NCBI GenBank assembly: GCA_002709565.1
Contig: PAPY01000026.1
Span: 1,222-65,221, forward strand
DNA from: Legionellales bacterium
Lineage (GTDB): Bacteria; Pseudomonadota; Gammaproteobacteria; UBA1113
DNA: 64,000 nt
Direction: 5' to 3'
Shown here: positions 9,612-19,119 of the stretch, piece by piece
Layout: every line of letters starts with the position of its first letter
Position numbering within the stretch: the stretch's first letter is position 1
Notes under the pieces: generated by a model
What the model saw: the letters and a program-made list of their open reading frames with translations, nothing else
What the model was told of the DNA's origin: nothing
Databases searched by the model: none
Translations under genes and position numbers: made by a program

Positions 9612-11363
9612 CTATCCCTCCTCCTTCGTGTGGGAGATGAGCGACTGGAGTAAGGCTTTTTCGCTATCACCAAGACTGCCCTCATTGGCTTTAGCCAATA
9701 ATCGTTCAATTTCATGGTGTTGGCCCATTTTTTCTAAGTGTTTTAGGGTGTCTAGGTACTCACCTTCAACACCCGCATCCGGTAACATATGCTCCCAGGC
9801 GGCCAATTTAAATAAATAATCCCCATGTTCTCTATCGCGCCAGTGCTCTAACAAGGCCGCAGTGGTTAAGTGGGGATTAGTTTGAGCTAAATCAACTAAT
9901 TCCACAAAAATATCCATACCAGGCAGGGATAATGGGGCTAATTTCGTAATATTGTGGGTTTTTTCTGCCAATTGAGGGTGCTGTAGCAATAAGGCAATCG
10001 CAACCCGCATCGGGGTTGGGCGAACATTGGTTTTGCGCCGTCGTTGGTCGTGGCTGGCTCGTTGCGGGCGGCTGGGGCTCGCTTTGCGGGGTATTTCAAA
10101 TTGTTGTAGTTTGGCGCTGTCGAGGCGAGTGAATTTACTGAGTTCTTCATAGAGCATGGTCTTAAACGCCCCCTCAGGCATTTGACTGAGTAACGGCTTT
10201 GCCAGACTCGCAAGCCGTGCTTTACCATCCAGGCTCTCAATATCCACATCCTCACGCAAATGACGGAAGAAAAAGCTCGATAAAGGCTCAGCCTGTTTGA
10301 CCAGGGTCTTGAATGCGTCAGCTCCTTGTTGTCGCAAGAGGGTATCGGGATCTTCACCGTCAGGCAAAAAGATAAAATTCGCCTGCCGGCCATCCTGCAT
10401 TAAGGGCAAACACACTTGCAGAGCGCGCCACGCCGCTTGCCGGCCCGCATTATCCCCATCAAAACAAAATACCACCCGGTCCACATGACGGTATAAACGC
10501 TCCAAATGTTGTTTGGTGGTAGATGTCCCCAGCGTCGCTACCACATTACGAAAACCGTATTGGGCCAAGGTCAATAAGTCCATGTATCCCTCAACGATCA
10601 CCATTTCGCTGAAATGCTGACGTTGTTGGTTCGCCTCATACAAGCCATATAACTCACTGCCTTTGTGAAAAATCGGCGTCTCCGGTGAGTTTAAATATTT
10701 CGGTGTCCCATCACCTAATACACGCCCACCAAAACCCACATAACGGCCGCGGCGATCGCGAATAGGAAACATCACTCGGTCGCGAAATTTGTCATAACAA
10801 TGATTTTTGTCGTTTTTGATCAACAAGCCGACTTTGAGCAAATCCTCTGATGCTGGTTTTTCAAAACACCGTTGCATGTTGTCCCAATTATCCGGCGCGT
10901 AACCGATGGCAAATTCTTTGATGATGTCTGCGCTCAAACCGCGGTTATTGAGATAGTCTCGGGCTTTGGCTGAACCCTGTAATTGCTGCTGATAATAGTC
11001 GCTGGCTTGTTTCACCAAGTCATATAAATTCTGCTGCACAGGCGCATTGGCTTGATAAGCTTCACTACGGGGCACTGGAATGCCGCGCTCAGCGGCCAGG
11101 GTTTCGACGGCTTCGACAAAACCTAAACGGTCATATTCCATCAAAAATGAAATCACATTGCCGTTCGCGCCACAGCCGAAACAATGGTAAAACTGCTTGT
11201 TGGGAGATACGGTAAACGATGGGGTTTTTTCGTTGTGGAATGGGCAACAGGCGGAGTAATTCATGCCAGCTTTTTTGAGCGGCACGCGGTTATCAATGAC
11301 TTCAACGATGTCAGTGCGGGCGATGAGATCAGTAATGAATGCTCTTGGTATGTGGCTTGCCAT
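9612..11363 (-). CDS. dnaG: DNA primase DnaG
   Basis: Zinc ribbon CCPFHNEKTPSFTVSPNKQFYHCFGCG, TOPRIM VIVEGYMDLL...FCFDGDNAG, and a C-terminal DnaB-interaction domain. Sits in the classic rpsU-dnaG-rpoD order. Confidence 0.97.
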   Translation of the reverse strand: MASHIPRAFITDLIARTDIVEVIDNRVPLKKAGMNYSACCPFHNEKTPSFTVSPNKQFYHCFGCGANGNVISFLMEYDRLGFVEAVETLAAERGIPVPRSEAYQANAPVQQNLYDLVKQASDYYQQQLQGSAKARDYLNNRGLSADIIKEFAIGYAPDNWDNMQRCFEKPASEDLLKVGLLIKNDKNHCYDKFRDRVMFPIRDRRGRYVGFGGRVLGDGTPKYLNSPETPIFHKGSELYGLYEANQQRQHFSEMVIVEGYMDLLTLAQYGFRNVVATLGTSTTKQHLERLYRHVDRVVFCFDGDNAGRQAAWRALQVCLPLMQDGRQANFIFLPDGEDPDTLLRQQGADAFKTLVKQAEPLSSFFFRHLREDVDIESLDGKARLASLAKPLLSQMPEGAFKTMLYEELSKFTRLDSAKLQQFEIPRKASPSRPQRASHDQRRRKTNVRPTPMRVAIALLLQHPQLAEKTHNITKLAPLSLPGMDIFVELVDLAQTNPHLTTAALLEHWRDREHGDYLFKLAAWEHMLPDAGVEGEYLDTLKHLEKMGQHHEIERLLAKANEGSLGDSEKALLQSLISHTKEEG

Positions 11364-11421
11364 ATCGTTGCGCCATATAGATATTATTCCCTACGAATTG
11401 CTCTCACTGGGAATGACCCAT

Positions 11422-11874
11422 TTAGAGAGCCCCGAGTAATTCCTTCACTTTTTGACTGACAGCTCCTGTGTCGGCACGACCTTGGATGTGGGGTTTGATT
11501 TCACCCATCACTTTACCCATGTCTTTCATGCCGGCAGCGCCAGTATTCGAGATAGCTGTTTGGATGAGTTGGTTGATTTCATCCTCAGACAATTGTTGTG
11601 GCAAGTAGGATTGGATAACCTCGAGTTCTAAGGTCTCGTTGGCGACCAAATCATCGCGTCCCGCCGCTTCGTACTGGGTGATAGATTCACGACGTTGCTT
11701 AGCCATTTTGTCCAAAATACCGAGGATGTCAGCATCGCTTAATTCAATGCGTTCATCCACTTCTTTTTGTTTCATGGCAGCCATGATGAGGCGAATAGCA
11801 CCCAGGCGCGCTTTGTCCTTGGCGCGCATGGCATCTTTCATTTCGTCATTAATGCGGGACTTCAATTCAGACAT
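11422..11874 (-). CDS. GatB/YqeY domain-containing protein
   Basis: The 150-aa sequence LKSRINDEMKDAMRAKDKARLGAIRLI...KDMGKVMG matches the YqeY family, which is commonly found between rpsU and dnaG. Confidence 0.9.
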   Translation of the reverse strand: MSELKSRINDEMKDAMRAKDKARLGAIRLIMAAMKQKEVDERIELSDADILGILDKMAKQRRESITQYEAAGRDDLVANETLELEVIQSYLPQQLSEDEINQLIQTAISNTGAAGMKDMGKVMGEIKPHIQGRADTGAVSQKVKELLGAL

Positions 11875-11876
11875 GA

Positions 11877-12128
11877 TTATCGACGACGACCTTTCGCTTT
11901 ACGGCGTTTACCACGGATACCACGAGAGGGGTGTGGAGCTTCTTTCGCCAATTTTTTCATGTAACGCTTAACCGCAGCCGCTTTTTGTTGTGCGCGAATT
12001 TTGGCCGGTTTGATGTAACGGGCACGGCGTTTAAGTTCGGTTAAGATACCGGCTTTTTCACACATACGCTTGAAACGGCGCAGCATGTTTTCAACAGGTT
12101 CGCCCTGTTTGTAATTCACTGATGGCAT
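11877..12128 (-). CDS. rpsU: 30S ribosomal protein S21 (with extended basic C-terminus)
   Basis: MPSVNYKQGEPVENMLRRFKRMCEKAGILTELKRRARYIKP matches S21. The start was chosen at the internal ATG 12128, which is preceded by GAGGAAA; the longer ORF start at 12173 has no RBS. Confidence 0.93.
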   Translation of the reverse strand: MPSVNYKQGEPVENMLRRFKRMCEKAGILTELKRRARYIKPAKIRAQQKAAAVKRYMKKLAKEAPHPSRGIRGKRRKAKGRRR

Positions 12129-12327
12129 TAAGGTTTCCTCTTTGATTGATTCAGTGTTCGTGAAATCGGGCAATTTTAATCACTTCTCAGCCAATGTGCA
12201 AGGAAACCGTAGGAAATAATGCCAAGAATGGCGAAATCTATGGGGTTTTGGGGTGGGGATGATTGGGTATTTTTACGTTAAAACGCCATTAACTGTTTGA
12301 TTTTAATGAGAAAAAGTCCAGGCCGAC

Positions 12328-13338
12328 CTATCTCTGCCCCTCATCCCCGATAATCTTATGGTAATTCTCAAACCGCACCTCGTTGATGTCTCCGGCATCA
12401 ACTGCATCTAGTAGGGCACAGTCGGGTTCATTCAGGTGTTTGCAGTCACGGAATTTGCACTGTCCTTGGTAGGGGCGGAACTCCCGAAAGCCACTGAATA
12501 TGGCCGCCGGCTCCGCATGCCACAGGGCAAAGGAGCGTACGCCAGGGGAGTCGATGATATGGCCCCCTTCGGGAAAATGGTACAGCCGCGGGGTGCTGGT
12601 GGTGTGTTTGCCGAGCCCTGAGGCATCGGATAATTCGCCGATACGAATGTCTTCTGCTGGCAATAGGCTGGCGATGAGGGAGGATTTACCCACCCCGGAT
12701 TGACCGACAAAAATACTGGTATTGTCTTTTAGCTGTTTGATGAGTGGCTTGAAGCCCTTGTGTTGTTCGACGCTGATTTCTAACACGTCATAGCCTAAGC
12801 CTTTGTAGACGTTCATGAACTCCCGCAATGGGTGACGGCGTTTGTCCAACAAATCAGACTTATTTAACAAGATTAATGGCCTGATAGCCAGTAATTCTGC
12901 GGCGACTAAATAACGGTCCAATAACTCCAAACTCGGTGCGGGTTGCAGAGCGATGACAATAACCATCAAACTGACATTGGCGGCCAAGGGTTTCATATTA
13001 CCGTGGGCATCGGGACGAGCTAACTCACTGTCCCGGGGGTGAATGGCAACGACAACGCCACTCTCATCAGGGCTTTTGCACCAGACTATATTATCACCAG
13101 GGACTGGATTGACGAGGTTTTGGCGTAAATAACAAGGGTGAATTTCACCGGGCGCGGATTCCACTTCGACCATGGCGCCGTGACGCGCGATCAATAAACC
13201 TTCTTGTTCAGGACCCAGGCCTTGGGCTTCTAGTTCGGCGGCCTTGGTGGCGGATTTATCCTGGGCACGCTCACGCCGCGCTTGTTGCAAGGCTTGCGTG
13301 CGCCGCTGTTGTTGCTTGGTGAGTTTGCGTTTGGTCAT
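12328..13338 (-). CDS. rsgA: ribosome small-subunit-dependent GTPase RsgA (YjeQ)
   Basis: Circularly permuted GTPase motifs (LNKSDL before GQSGVGKSSL) and a C-terminal zinc knuckle CKFRDCKHLNEPDCAL. Confidence 0.95.
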   Translation of the reverse strand: MTKRKLTKQQQRRTQALQQARRERAQDKSATKAAELEAQGLGPEQEGLLIARHGAMVEVESAPGEIHPCYLRQNLVNPVPGDNIVWCKSPDESGVVVAIHPRDSELARPDAHGNMKPLAANVSLMVIVIALQPAPSLELLDRYLVAAELLAIRPLILLNKSDLLDKRRHPLREFMNVYKGLGYDVLEISVEQHKGFKPLIKQLKDNTSIFVGQSGVGKSSLIASLLPAEDIRIGELSDASGLGKHTTSTPRLYHFPEGGHIIDSPGVRSFALWHAEPAAIFSGFREFRPYQGQCKFRDCKHLNEPDCALLDAVDAGDINEVRFENYHKIIGDEGQR

Positions 13339-13441
13339 GGTGTCAGCCTAGGGGGGATAGGATGGCAAGTCAAGCCTTGACATAGCCACCAGGTTCGCCA
13401 AACTACGCCTAGTAGTCAGCAATATATATAGGGTTGTAACG

Positions 13442-14659
13442 GTGGAAGTCTATTTAGTCGGTGGCGCGGTTCGTGATGAGTTATTACAGCGGCCGGTGCG
13501 TGAGCGAGACTGGGTGGTTGTGGGCGCCATGCCGCAACAAATGCTAGAAAAGGGCTATCGCCAGGTGGGCAAAGACTTTCCGGTATTTATACATCCCGAG
13601 ACCGGGGAAGAGTATGCGCTAGCACGCACGGAACGTAAGACTGGCAAAGGCTATCAAGGCTTTAGTTGTTATGCCGAGCCGGATGTGACCCTCGAGGATG
13701 ATCTCAAACGCCGTGATTTAACCATCAATGCCATGGCTAAAGATGACAAAGGTAATATTATAGACCCCTACGGTGGACAAAAAGATTTAGCTAATCGATT
13801 ATTGCGTCATGTGTCGGCGGCATTTGTTGAAGATCCATTGCGGGTGTTGCGGGTTGCACGTTTTGCAGCGCGTTATGCCCATTTGGATTTTAAGGTAGCG
13901 GATGAAACCCGCAGCTTAATGCAAGTGATTGCCGAGAGTGGTGAACTTGAGTATTTAGTCCCAGAACGTACTTTCGCTGAACTGCAAAAGGCCCTCGGGG
14001 AACATCGCCCCAGTGAGTTTTTTAATGTGTTACGTGCAAGTCATGCTAACGAGATAATTTTCCCGGAGATAGATAATTTGTTTGGGGTGCCGCAACGAGC
14101 AGATTACCATCCCGAAATTGACACGGGTGTTCATGTAATGATGGTTATCGACCAAGCCGCACGCTTGCAATACCCAATGGAAGTGCGTTTTGCGGCACTG
14201 ATGCATGATTTGGGCAAAGCTATCACCCCTGAAGATGTGCTACCCAGTCACCGTGGTCACGAGGCGGCAGGTGTGCCGTTGATTGAAGGATTTTGTGAGC
14301 GCTTAAAGGCACCCAAAAATTACAAAGAACTCGCAGTGATTGCTGGGCGGGAACATTTGCATTGCCACCGTATTGCTGAGGCAAGTCCAAATCATGTGGT
14401 GAAGACTTTGGAACGAATCGATGCATTTCGTCGTCCTGAACGATTTGAATTATTCTTGCAAGTTTGTGAAGCGGATGCTCGCGGCCGCCTAGGCTATGAA
14501 GAGCAAGACTATCCCCAGACAGATTTGTTTCGTAAGTACTATCGAGCTGCTGCAGAGGTGAGTACTCAAGCTATTATTGAGGATGGCTATTCTGGTGAAA
14601 AGATTGCTACTGAACTCCATCGACGTAGGGTCGAGGCGGTGAAAGGGGTGAATGTTTGA
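13442..14659 (+). CDS. cca: multifunctional CCA-adding tRNA nucleotidyltransferase with HD phosphohydrolase domain
   Basis: N-terminal VYLVGGAVRDELL and RRDLTINAM polymerase motifs. C-terminal HD domain (HPEIDTGVHVMMV...LMHDLGK). GTG start. Confidence 0.95.
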   Translation: MEVYLVGGAVRDELLQRPVRERDWVVVGAMPQQMLEKGYRQVGKDFPVFIHPETGEEYALARTERKTGKGYQGFSCYAEPDVTLEDDLKRRDLTINAMAKDDKGNIIDPYGGQKDLANRLLRHVSAAFVEDPLRVLRVARFAARYAHLDFKVADETRSLMQVIAESGELEYLVPERTFAELQKALGEHRPSEFFNVLRASHANEIIFPEIDNLFGVPQRADYHPEIDTGVHVMMVIDQAARLQYPMEVRFAALMHDLGKAITPEDVLPSHRGHEAAGVPLIEGFCERLKAPKNYKELAVIAGREHLHCHRIAEASPNHVVKTLERIDAFRRPERFELFLQVCEADARGRLGYEEQDYPQTDLFRKYYRAAAEVSTQAIIEDGYSGEKIATELHRRRVEAVKGVNV

Positions 14660-14731
14660 GGTAACAAAATGTGATCTCAAAGACTTTTTGCTATACTTAC
14701 GGGCGCACGGAAGCTTTACCATGAGGGCGTT

Positions 14732-15136
14732 ATGAGAGTCATATTTGCAGCGATTATCTTGATCTTACCGAGCCTGGTTTGGGCGCAACAGTTATTCACT
14801 ACGGTGCCAGCCAACGAAATCATGGTCAGTTGCAAGAATATGACCGACAATCCCCATGTGGTGTTCAAGCTTAACAATATCAATACTAAAGACTCTAACA
14901 GTGAAATCCAAACCAATGCCTATCTATGTAACGAAGATAATACGCTAACCATCAAGTACAACCAATATTTTAATTTTAATTACCTGGCATTTGACAATGC
15001 CCGCAATCAAATCATTTGCGAACCCACGGCAGCCAAAGTCAGCCCCAAAGACAAGCAATTCCTTATTACCATCGATGGCGATGGCTGTAGCGTCAGTATG
15101 CCTGACGATGATGAGTCAGCTAATCCACAGCAATAA
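14732..15136 (+). CDS. small secreted four-Cys protein, paralogue 1 of 4
   Basis: Signal peptide MRVIFAAIILILPSLVWA. Four Cys spaced as in the three downstream ORFs, with a shared core Y/F-x-F-x-(Y/A)-F. AT-rich. Confidence 0.7.
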   Translation: MRVIFAAIILILPSLVWAQQLFTTVPANEIMVSCKNMTDNPHVVFKLNNINTKDSNSEIQTNAYLCNEDNTLTIKYNQYFNFNYLAFDNARNQIICEPTAAKVSPKDKQFLITIDGDGCSVSMPDDDESANPQQ

Positions 15137-15215
15137 AACCGCATTAAAATCATGACGATAGCAGCATCGATGATGTCTGCTAGACTAATAGTAATAATCA
15201 ATAACAGGTAACATT

Positions 15216-15608
15216 ATGAAAGCACTATTTATTAGCATGTTAACAATTTTTTTGGCAGCAGTGGTTGGGACGGCTAGCGCATTGAACTATGCAGTTTTCA
15301 TGTCCACCTATCCAGACAAAACATTGAAGGTTCGCTGTAATGACTCAACGGGTAAAAAAATATATTTCAGCGTTAATGAAGTTGAAGCCGGAAACCCACT
15401 GAATCAGAAGCAATCGTTGGATTTTGGCTGTGAGTACGGTATAAATGTGAGATACAATGAATATATAAAGTTCAAAGTTTTTGTATATGAAAATTCTCCT
15501 AATAACATTGTCTGCAAAACAAGTCAGCTAGAAACAGATCAAGATGACTTCAGAGTAACCGTCAATGTGGAAGAAAATGATGGCAAGTATTCTTGTTACT
15601 CTAGTTAG
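15216..15608 (+). CDS. small secreted four-Cys protein, paralogue 2 of 4
   Basis: Signal peptide MKALFISMLTIFLAAVVGTASA and the same four-Cys spacing. The upstream tctgctagac...agtaataat leader is shared with paralogue 3. Confidence 0.75.
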   Translation: MKALFISMLTIFLAAVVGTASALNYAVFMSTYPDKTLKVRCNDSTGKKIYFSVNEVEAGNPLNQKQSLDFGCEYGINVRYNEYIKFKVFVYENSPNNIVCKTSQLETDQDDFRVTVNVEENDGKYSCYSS

Positions 15609-15667
15609 TTGGACGATTAAATTCTATCTGCTAGACACAGAGTAATAATGAGCAAAGAGGCAAGGTC

Positions 15668-16066
15668 ATGAAAGCACTATTTATTGGCATAATAACAAGT
15701 TGTTCAATTTGTTTGGCGGCAGCTGTCCATGCTGCGGATAAAGGCGCTAAACCTGGCCTCAAAACAGCGCTGATTTACTGTGAGAATAAGTCAGACATCA
15801 TTAACCCTAAATATATCGTGGATAATATTGACTCTAATCTTCGCGTAGAGCCAGGCGTTATGATGCCGAGGAATTGTGACAATAAAATCCCGTTAGGATT
15901 GTTATATAGAGAAAAGCTAGGGTTCACTTTTAAAGCGTTTACAGATAAGAATGCAAACAATTTAATGTGTCAAATCAAAGTGCCTAAACAAAGTTTTCGT
16001 GAAAATGAGAGATTGATATTTACAGTGATTCTTGAGAACGACAAGTATATTTGCAGACATAATTAG
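15668..16066 (+). CDS. small secreted four-Cys protein, paralogue 3 of 4
   Basis: N-terminus MKALFIG is identical at the DNA level (atgaaagcactatttatt) to paralogue 2. Signal peptide ends AVHA. Four conserved Cys. Confidence 0.75.
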   Translation: MKALFIGIITSCSICLAAAVHAADKGAKPGLKTALIYCENKSDIINPKYIVDNIDSNLRVEPGVMMPRNCDNKIPLGLLYREKLGFTFKAFTDKNANNLMCQIKVPKQSFRENERLIFTVILENDKYICRHN

Positions 16067-16119
16067 TTGTAGATATGTCTGCCAGATTTTCAGGTGGCAA
16101 CGATTAAGAGGACAAAAAG

Positions 16120-16518
16120 ATGAAAAGATTACTATCCATAGCGATCCCGATGGCATTGTTATTTACTGTGAATGGTGTTTTAGCAGAAGTGCTACCCGTT
16201 AATAACAGTATAAATGCATCCAAGTGGGTAACAATAGGTTGCGATGACACAGGCACGAGCTATCCGATAGGCTATACAATTGAAGACATTAAACCTAAAC
16301 TTAATATTGTTACTGGATTTTTGCCAATGTCCGACTGCGGTGGAACCAGTTACAAAGTGGGATATTTTGATAAACTCTCATTCAAAGTAAAAGCTTTCCC
16401 AAAAGGTCAGCTGTATTCAAATAATAATTGTTCCATCACGGCGACAGTCGTTGATGCGCCAAGAGTCATATTAAAAGTTAGAACGGAAGATGGAAGGCTT
16501 ATTTGTAATCGTATATAG
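16120..16518 (+). CDS. small secreted four-Cys protein, paralogue 4 of 4
   Basis: Signal peptide MKRLLSIAIPMALLFTVNGVLA. KLSFKVKAF core and terminal DGRLICN as in the paralogues (DGKYSCY, NDKYICR). Confidence 0.75.
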   Translation: MKRLLSIAIPMALLFTVNGVLAEVLPVNNSINASKWVTIGCDDTGTSYPIGYTIEDIKPKLNIVTGFLPMSDCGGTSYKVGYFDKLSFKVKAFPKGQLYSNNNCSITATVVDAPRVILKVRTEDGRLICNRI

Positions 16519-16564
16519 CCTCGTATTCTAGCATCACTCGGGATGGCTAGACGAGTCGTCAGAG

Positions 16565-18322
16565 CTATCGCAAATGCAACTTCGGAATAACATCCCGGTC
16601 GCTAGCAGCGCTGACTTTATGCTTCACTAATTCCTTATTCACTACCTGCCAAAAGTGTTTGCCACTCCAGTTGGTATCGTTATCTGTGTAGAGCATTTTG
16701 TCCAATTCCGTTACCGCAAGCTTTGCTGCATTAGACGACAAATTCGCTGCCACATCACCGAGACTTCGTATTCGCGCGTCAGGCCAGAGACATTGCCCGT
16801 ATTGCACCAAGGCATTGGCAGCGGCTTTAGGGTCGTTATTGTCGCAGCGTTTTTTGAGGTTCTTTTTGCTGCGGGCAATTGATTCTTTGCGCTCAGTGAA
16901 TGCGGCCTCAGCTTTTGCGGCTTCAGTATCAGTCGTATGCTGACGACTGCGCCACCACACCAATAGTGTTGCCAACCAGGCAATGAATAACACGCCACTG
17001 ATGATTTCCCAAACCGTTGCTGATTTTGATGAGACGATTTGTGCGGGTGTGGCAATAGCGTCATCGGCGGTTTTTTTCGCGTCTAGGGTTAGGGGTTGCA
17101 GCGGTTGATTAGTAGCGTCATTCGCTTCCCCACTTGTGGCCGGCAAAACTGTCACTTTACGTGCTGGCAGTTTTGCGATTTCGGCGTGATTGGTTTGGGT
17201 GTTCCACCAGGTGACGTTCACTTCCGGTAAAGTAATGTCTCCAGCCTTGTCTGGAATCATAGCAATCTTCTCGACCCGTTTGCCGATGATGGTTTGGCCA
17301 TTGCTTAACGTGTCAGTCTCTGGTTTGTCGGGATAGGTTTGCACGCCATTAATTGTCGGCAAATCCAATGCCGGTAATTGTGTGCCGGCTAAGCCAGATG
17401 CTTCAAGGGTCAGTGTTCGAGTAATGGGTTGGCCAACGTGAAATTTTGGCGGATTGTCGGACCATTTTTCGCTGAGTTTCACGTCGGCGGCCGGCAACCA
17501 CCATTGTTGGTTAGCGGCTGCTGGAATAGGTTTAACCTTCAGGGCAATCGGTTTTGCGGCTGCCCTGAGGGTGTGCCAACCGGTGGTGATCATGCGGCTG
17601 GAACCGGTCATGGCTTGATTGGTGGCTAACACATCGCCGCTGAAGATAGGACCATTGATGGTCATATCGCCGCTTTGTTGGGGGAAGATAGCATAGTGAC
17701 GTTCAAGGACTTGGTAATGCTTGCCGTCGATGATTTTTTTGTAGTTGCGGTCATTATTGATATGCATGATCATGGCATTGTCCGCTTGTGGTTCTGTTAA
17801 AGTAGGGTTTTGCACATTCACACTGAAGAAAATTTTCAGGGTATAAATCCCTTGGCTTTGCACGTAGAGATTTTTCGGTTCCAACTCGGCCGTTAAGAAT
17901 ACGGCTTTGTTATCGTTAGCAGCGGCTTGGGCATCAGGAGAGGCACTCGAGGTGCTTGGACCGACTTTTACCATCAAGGGTTGGCTTTTTTGACCGCCCA
18001 CATCAATCGCGGGAATGGTAATAGTGCCGGCATGTTTGGGCATGAGCTCAAAGACCCATTGGGATTTGCTAGTGGTTTTGCCATTGATCATCACGATACG
18101 GTTGCGTCGTGCCGTGCTGATGATGTCAAAGTCTTTTTTTAAGTCCTTGGTATTTGGGCTTGCGGCATTACCAGCGTCATTGATGGTTAGGCTCAATCGC
18201 AGGGTTTCACCGACGGCGAGTTCGGGTTGATCAATGCTGGCAATCACCGGGACTGTAGCCTGAACCGCGAAGGGTAATAATAACAAACAGGACAATAATA
18301 GGTGGCGGCAGCGTTTTACCAT
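16565..18322 (-). CDS. batD: BatD family protein
   Basis: 585 aa with a signal peptide, a large beta-rich ectodomain, a single TM (WEIISGVLFIAWLATLLVWW) and a C-terminal tail. It is the last gene of a moxR-DUF58-batABCD operon. Confidence 0.8.
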   Translation of the reverse strand: MVKRCRHLLLSCLLLLPFAVQATVPVIASIDQPELAVGETLRLSLTINDAGNAASPNTKDLKKDFDIISTARRNRIVMINGKTTSKSQWVFELMPKHAGTITIPAIDVGGQKSQPLMVKVGPSTSSASPDAQAAANDNKAVFLTAELEPKNLYVQSQGIYTLKIFFSVNVQNPTLTEPQADNAMIMHINNDRNYKKIIDGKHYQVLERHYAIFPQQSGDMTINGPIFSGDVLATNQAMTGSSRMITTGWHTLRAAAKPIALKVKPIPAAANQQWWLPAADVKLSEKWSDNPPKFHVGQPITRTLTLEASGLAGTQLPALDLPTINGVQTYPDKPETDTLSNGQTIIGKRVEKIAMIPDKAGDITLPEVNVTWWNTQTNHAEIAKLPARKVTVLPATSGEANDATNQPLQPLTLDAKKTADDAIATPAQIVSSKSATVWEIISGVLFIAWLATLLVWWRSRQHTTDTEAAKAEAAFTERKESIARSKKNLKKRCDNNDPKAAANALVQYGQCLWPDARIRSLGDVAANLSSNAAKLAVTELDKMLYTDNDTNWSGKHFWQVVNKELVKHKVSAASDRDVIPKLHLR

Positions 18323-19119
18323 GGTGATTTACCCTCTTGTAAGTTGGCGCGATAACGTTGGTGGTCGCGTAAGAATTTTTGTTGCAGTAGACCGCCGGGG
18401 TTGTCCGGGATCCCTTGTAACCATTGTTGGGTGGCTTGTTGGCTCTCACTCGGGCCTTGTTGCTGGTCTGCATGTTGCTGGCCCGGTTGTTTATCTTGCC
18501 CCGCCTGGTTCTGTTTATCCTTGCCCATATCTGCCTGCTGCTGTTGCTTATCGGATGGTTGCTTCTCTTGGCTGGCCTGTTGTTGCTTTTGATCGGATTG
18601 CTGTTGCGGGTTGTCACCTTGTTGGTTTTGTGCGGATTGTTGTTGGTCTTGTTGGCCACTGGCGGATTGCTGTTGATTGTTTTGCTGGTTTTGTTGGCGT
18701 TGCTGCCGTTGGTTTTGCTGTTGCGGGCTATTCTGTTGTTGCTGTTGCAGTTTTTTTAGTAAATCTCGGTTATGTTTCGCATCAGCAAAGTCGGGTTTCT
18801 CTTTGAGTGCCTTATCATAGGCCGCAATCGCCGCCTCAAAATCTCCCGTCTGTGCCAAAGCATTACCGCGGTTGTAATTGCTGATAGGGGTATCTTCGCT
18901 ATCAAATTGCTGGGCTGCTTGTTCGTATTCCCCCGCACGGTAATTAGCATAGGCTTGCCATTGACTATCATGGAAGGTTTGTGCAGCCAAGGCCGGTTTA
19001 TCCTGGGCCAGGGCATGCTTTGCTTGTTGATCGGGGCGTTGCCATAAGTCTTGCCAGGTAAACGCCTGGGCCGTTAAAGGCAATAGACAACAACTAATCA
19101 GCAGTAATGATTTTTTCAT
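18316..19119 (-). CDS. batC: BatC-like TPR protein with long Gln-rich tail
   Basis: The start at MKKSLLLISCCLLPLTAQA (ATG 19119) overlaps the batB stop as ATGA. TPR motif NYNRGNALAQTGDFEAAIAAYDKALKEKPDFADA, followed by about 110 aa of Q-rich low complexity. Confidence 0.8.
   Translation of the reverse strand: MKKSLLLISCCLLPLTAQAFTWQDLWQRPDQQAKHALAQDKPALAAQTFHDSQWQAYANYRAGEYEQAAQQFDSEDTPISNYNRGNALAQTGDFEAAIAAYDKALKEKPDFADAKHNRDLLKKLQQQQQNSPQQQNQRQQRQQNQQNNQQQSASGQQDQQQSAQNQQGDNPQQQSDQKQQQASQEKQPSDKQQQQADMGKDKQNQAGQDKQPGQQHADQQQGPSESQQATQQWLQGIPDNPGGLLQQKFLRDHQRYRANLQEGKSPW

Noticed and set aside
12173-12174. Longer rpsU start at 12173 (MPDFTNTESIKEETL extension)
   Set aside because: The extension is absent from S21 proteins. 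The internal ATG at 12128 has a strong GAGGAAA RBS and gives the canonical MPSV N-terminus.
18321-18806. Several plus-strand ORFs (18321-18806, 18401-18592, 18424-18759) with Leu/Cys/Val-rich translations
   Set aside because: They are antisense to the CAA/CAG-rich tract of the BatC-like gene and are created by the low-complexity repeat. They have no RBS or motif, and the minus-strand gene fits the operon.
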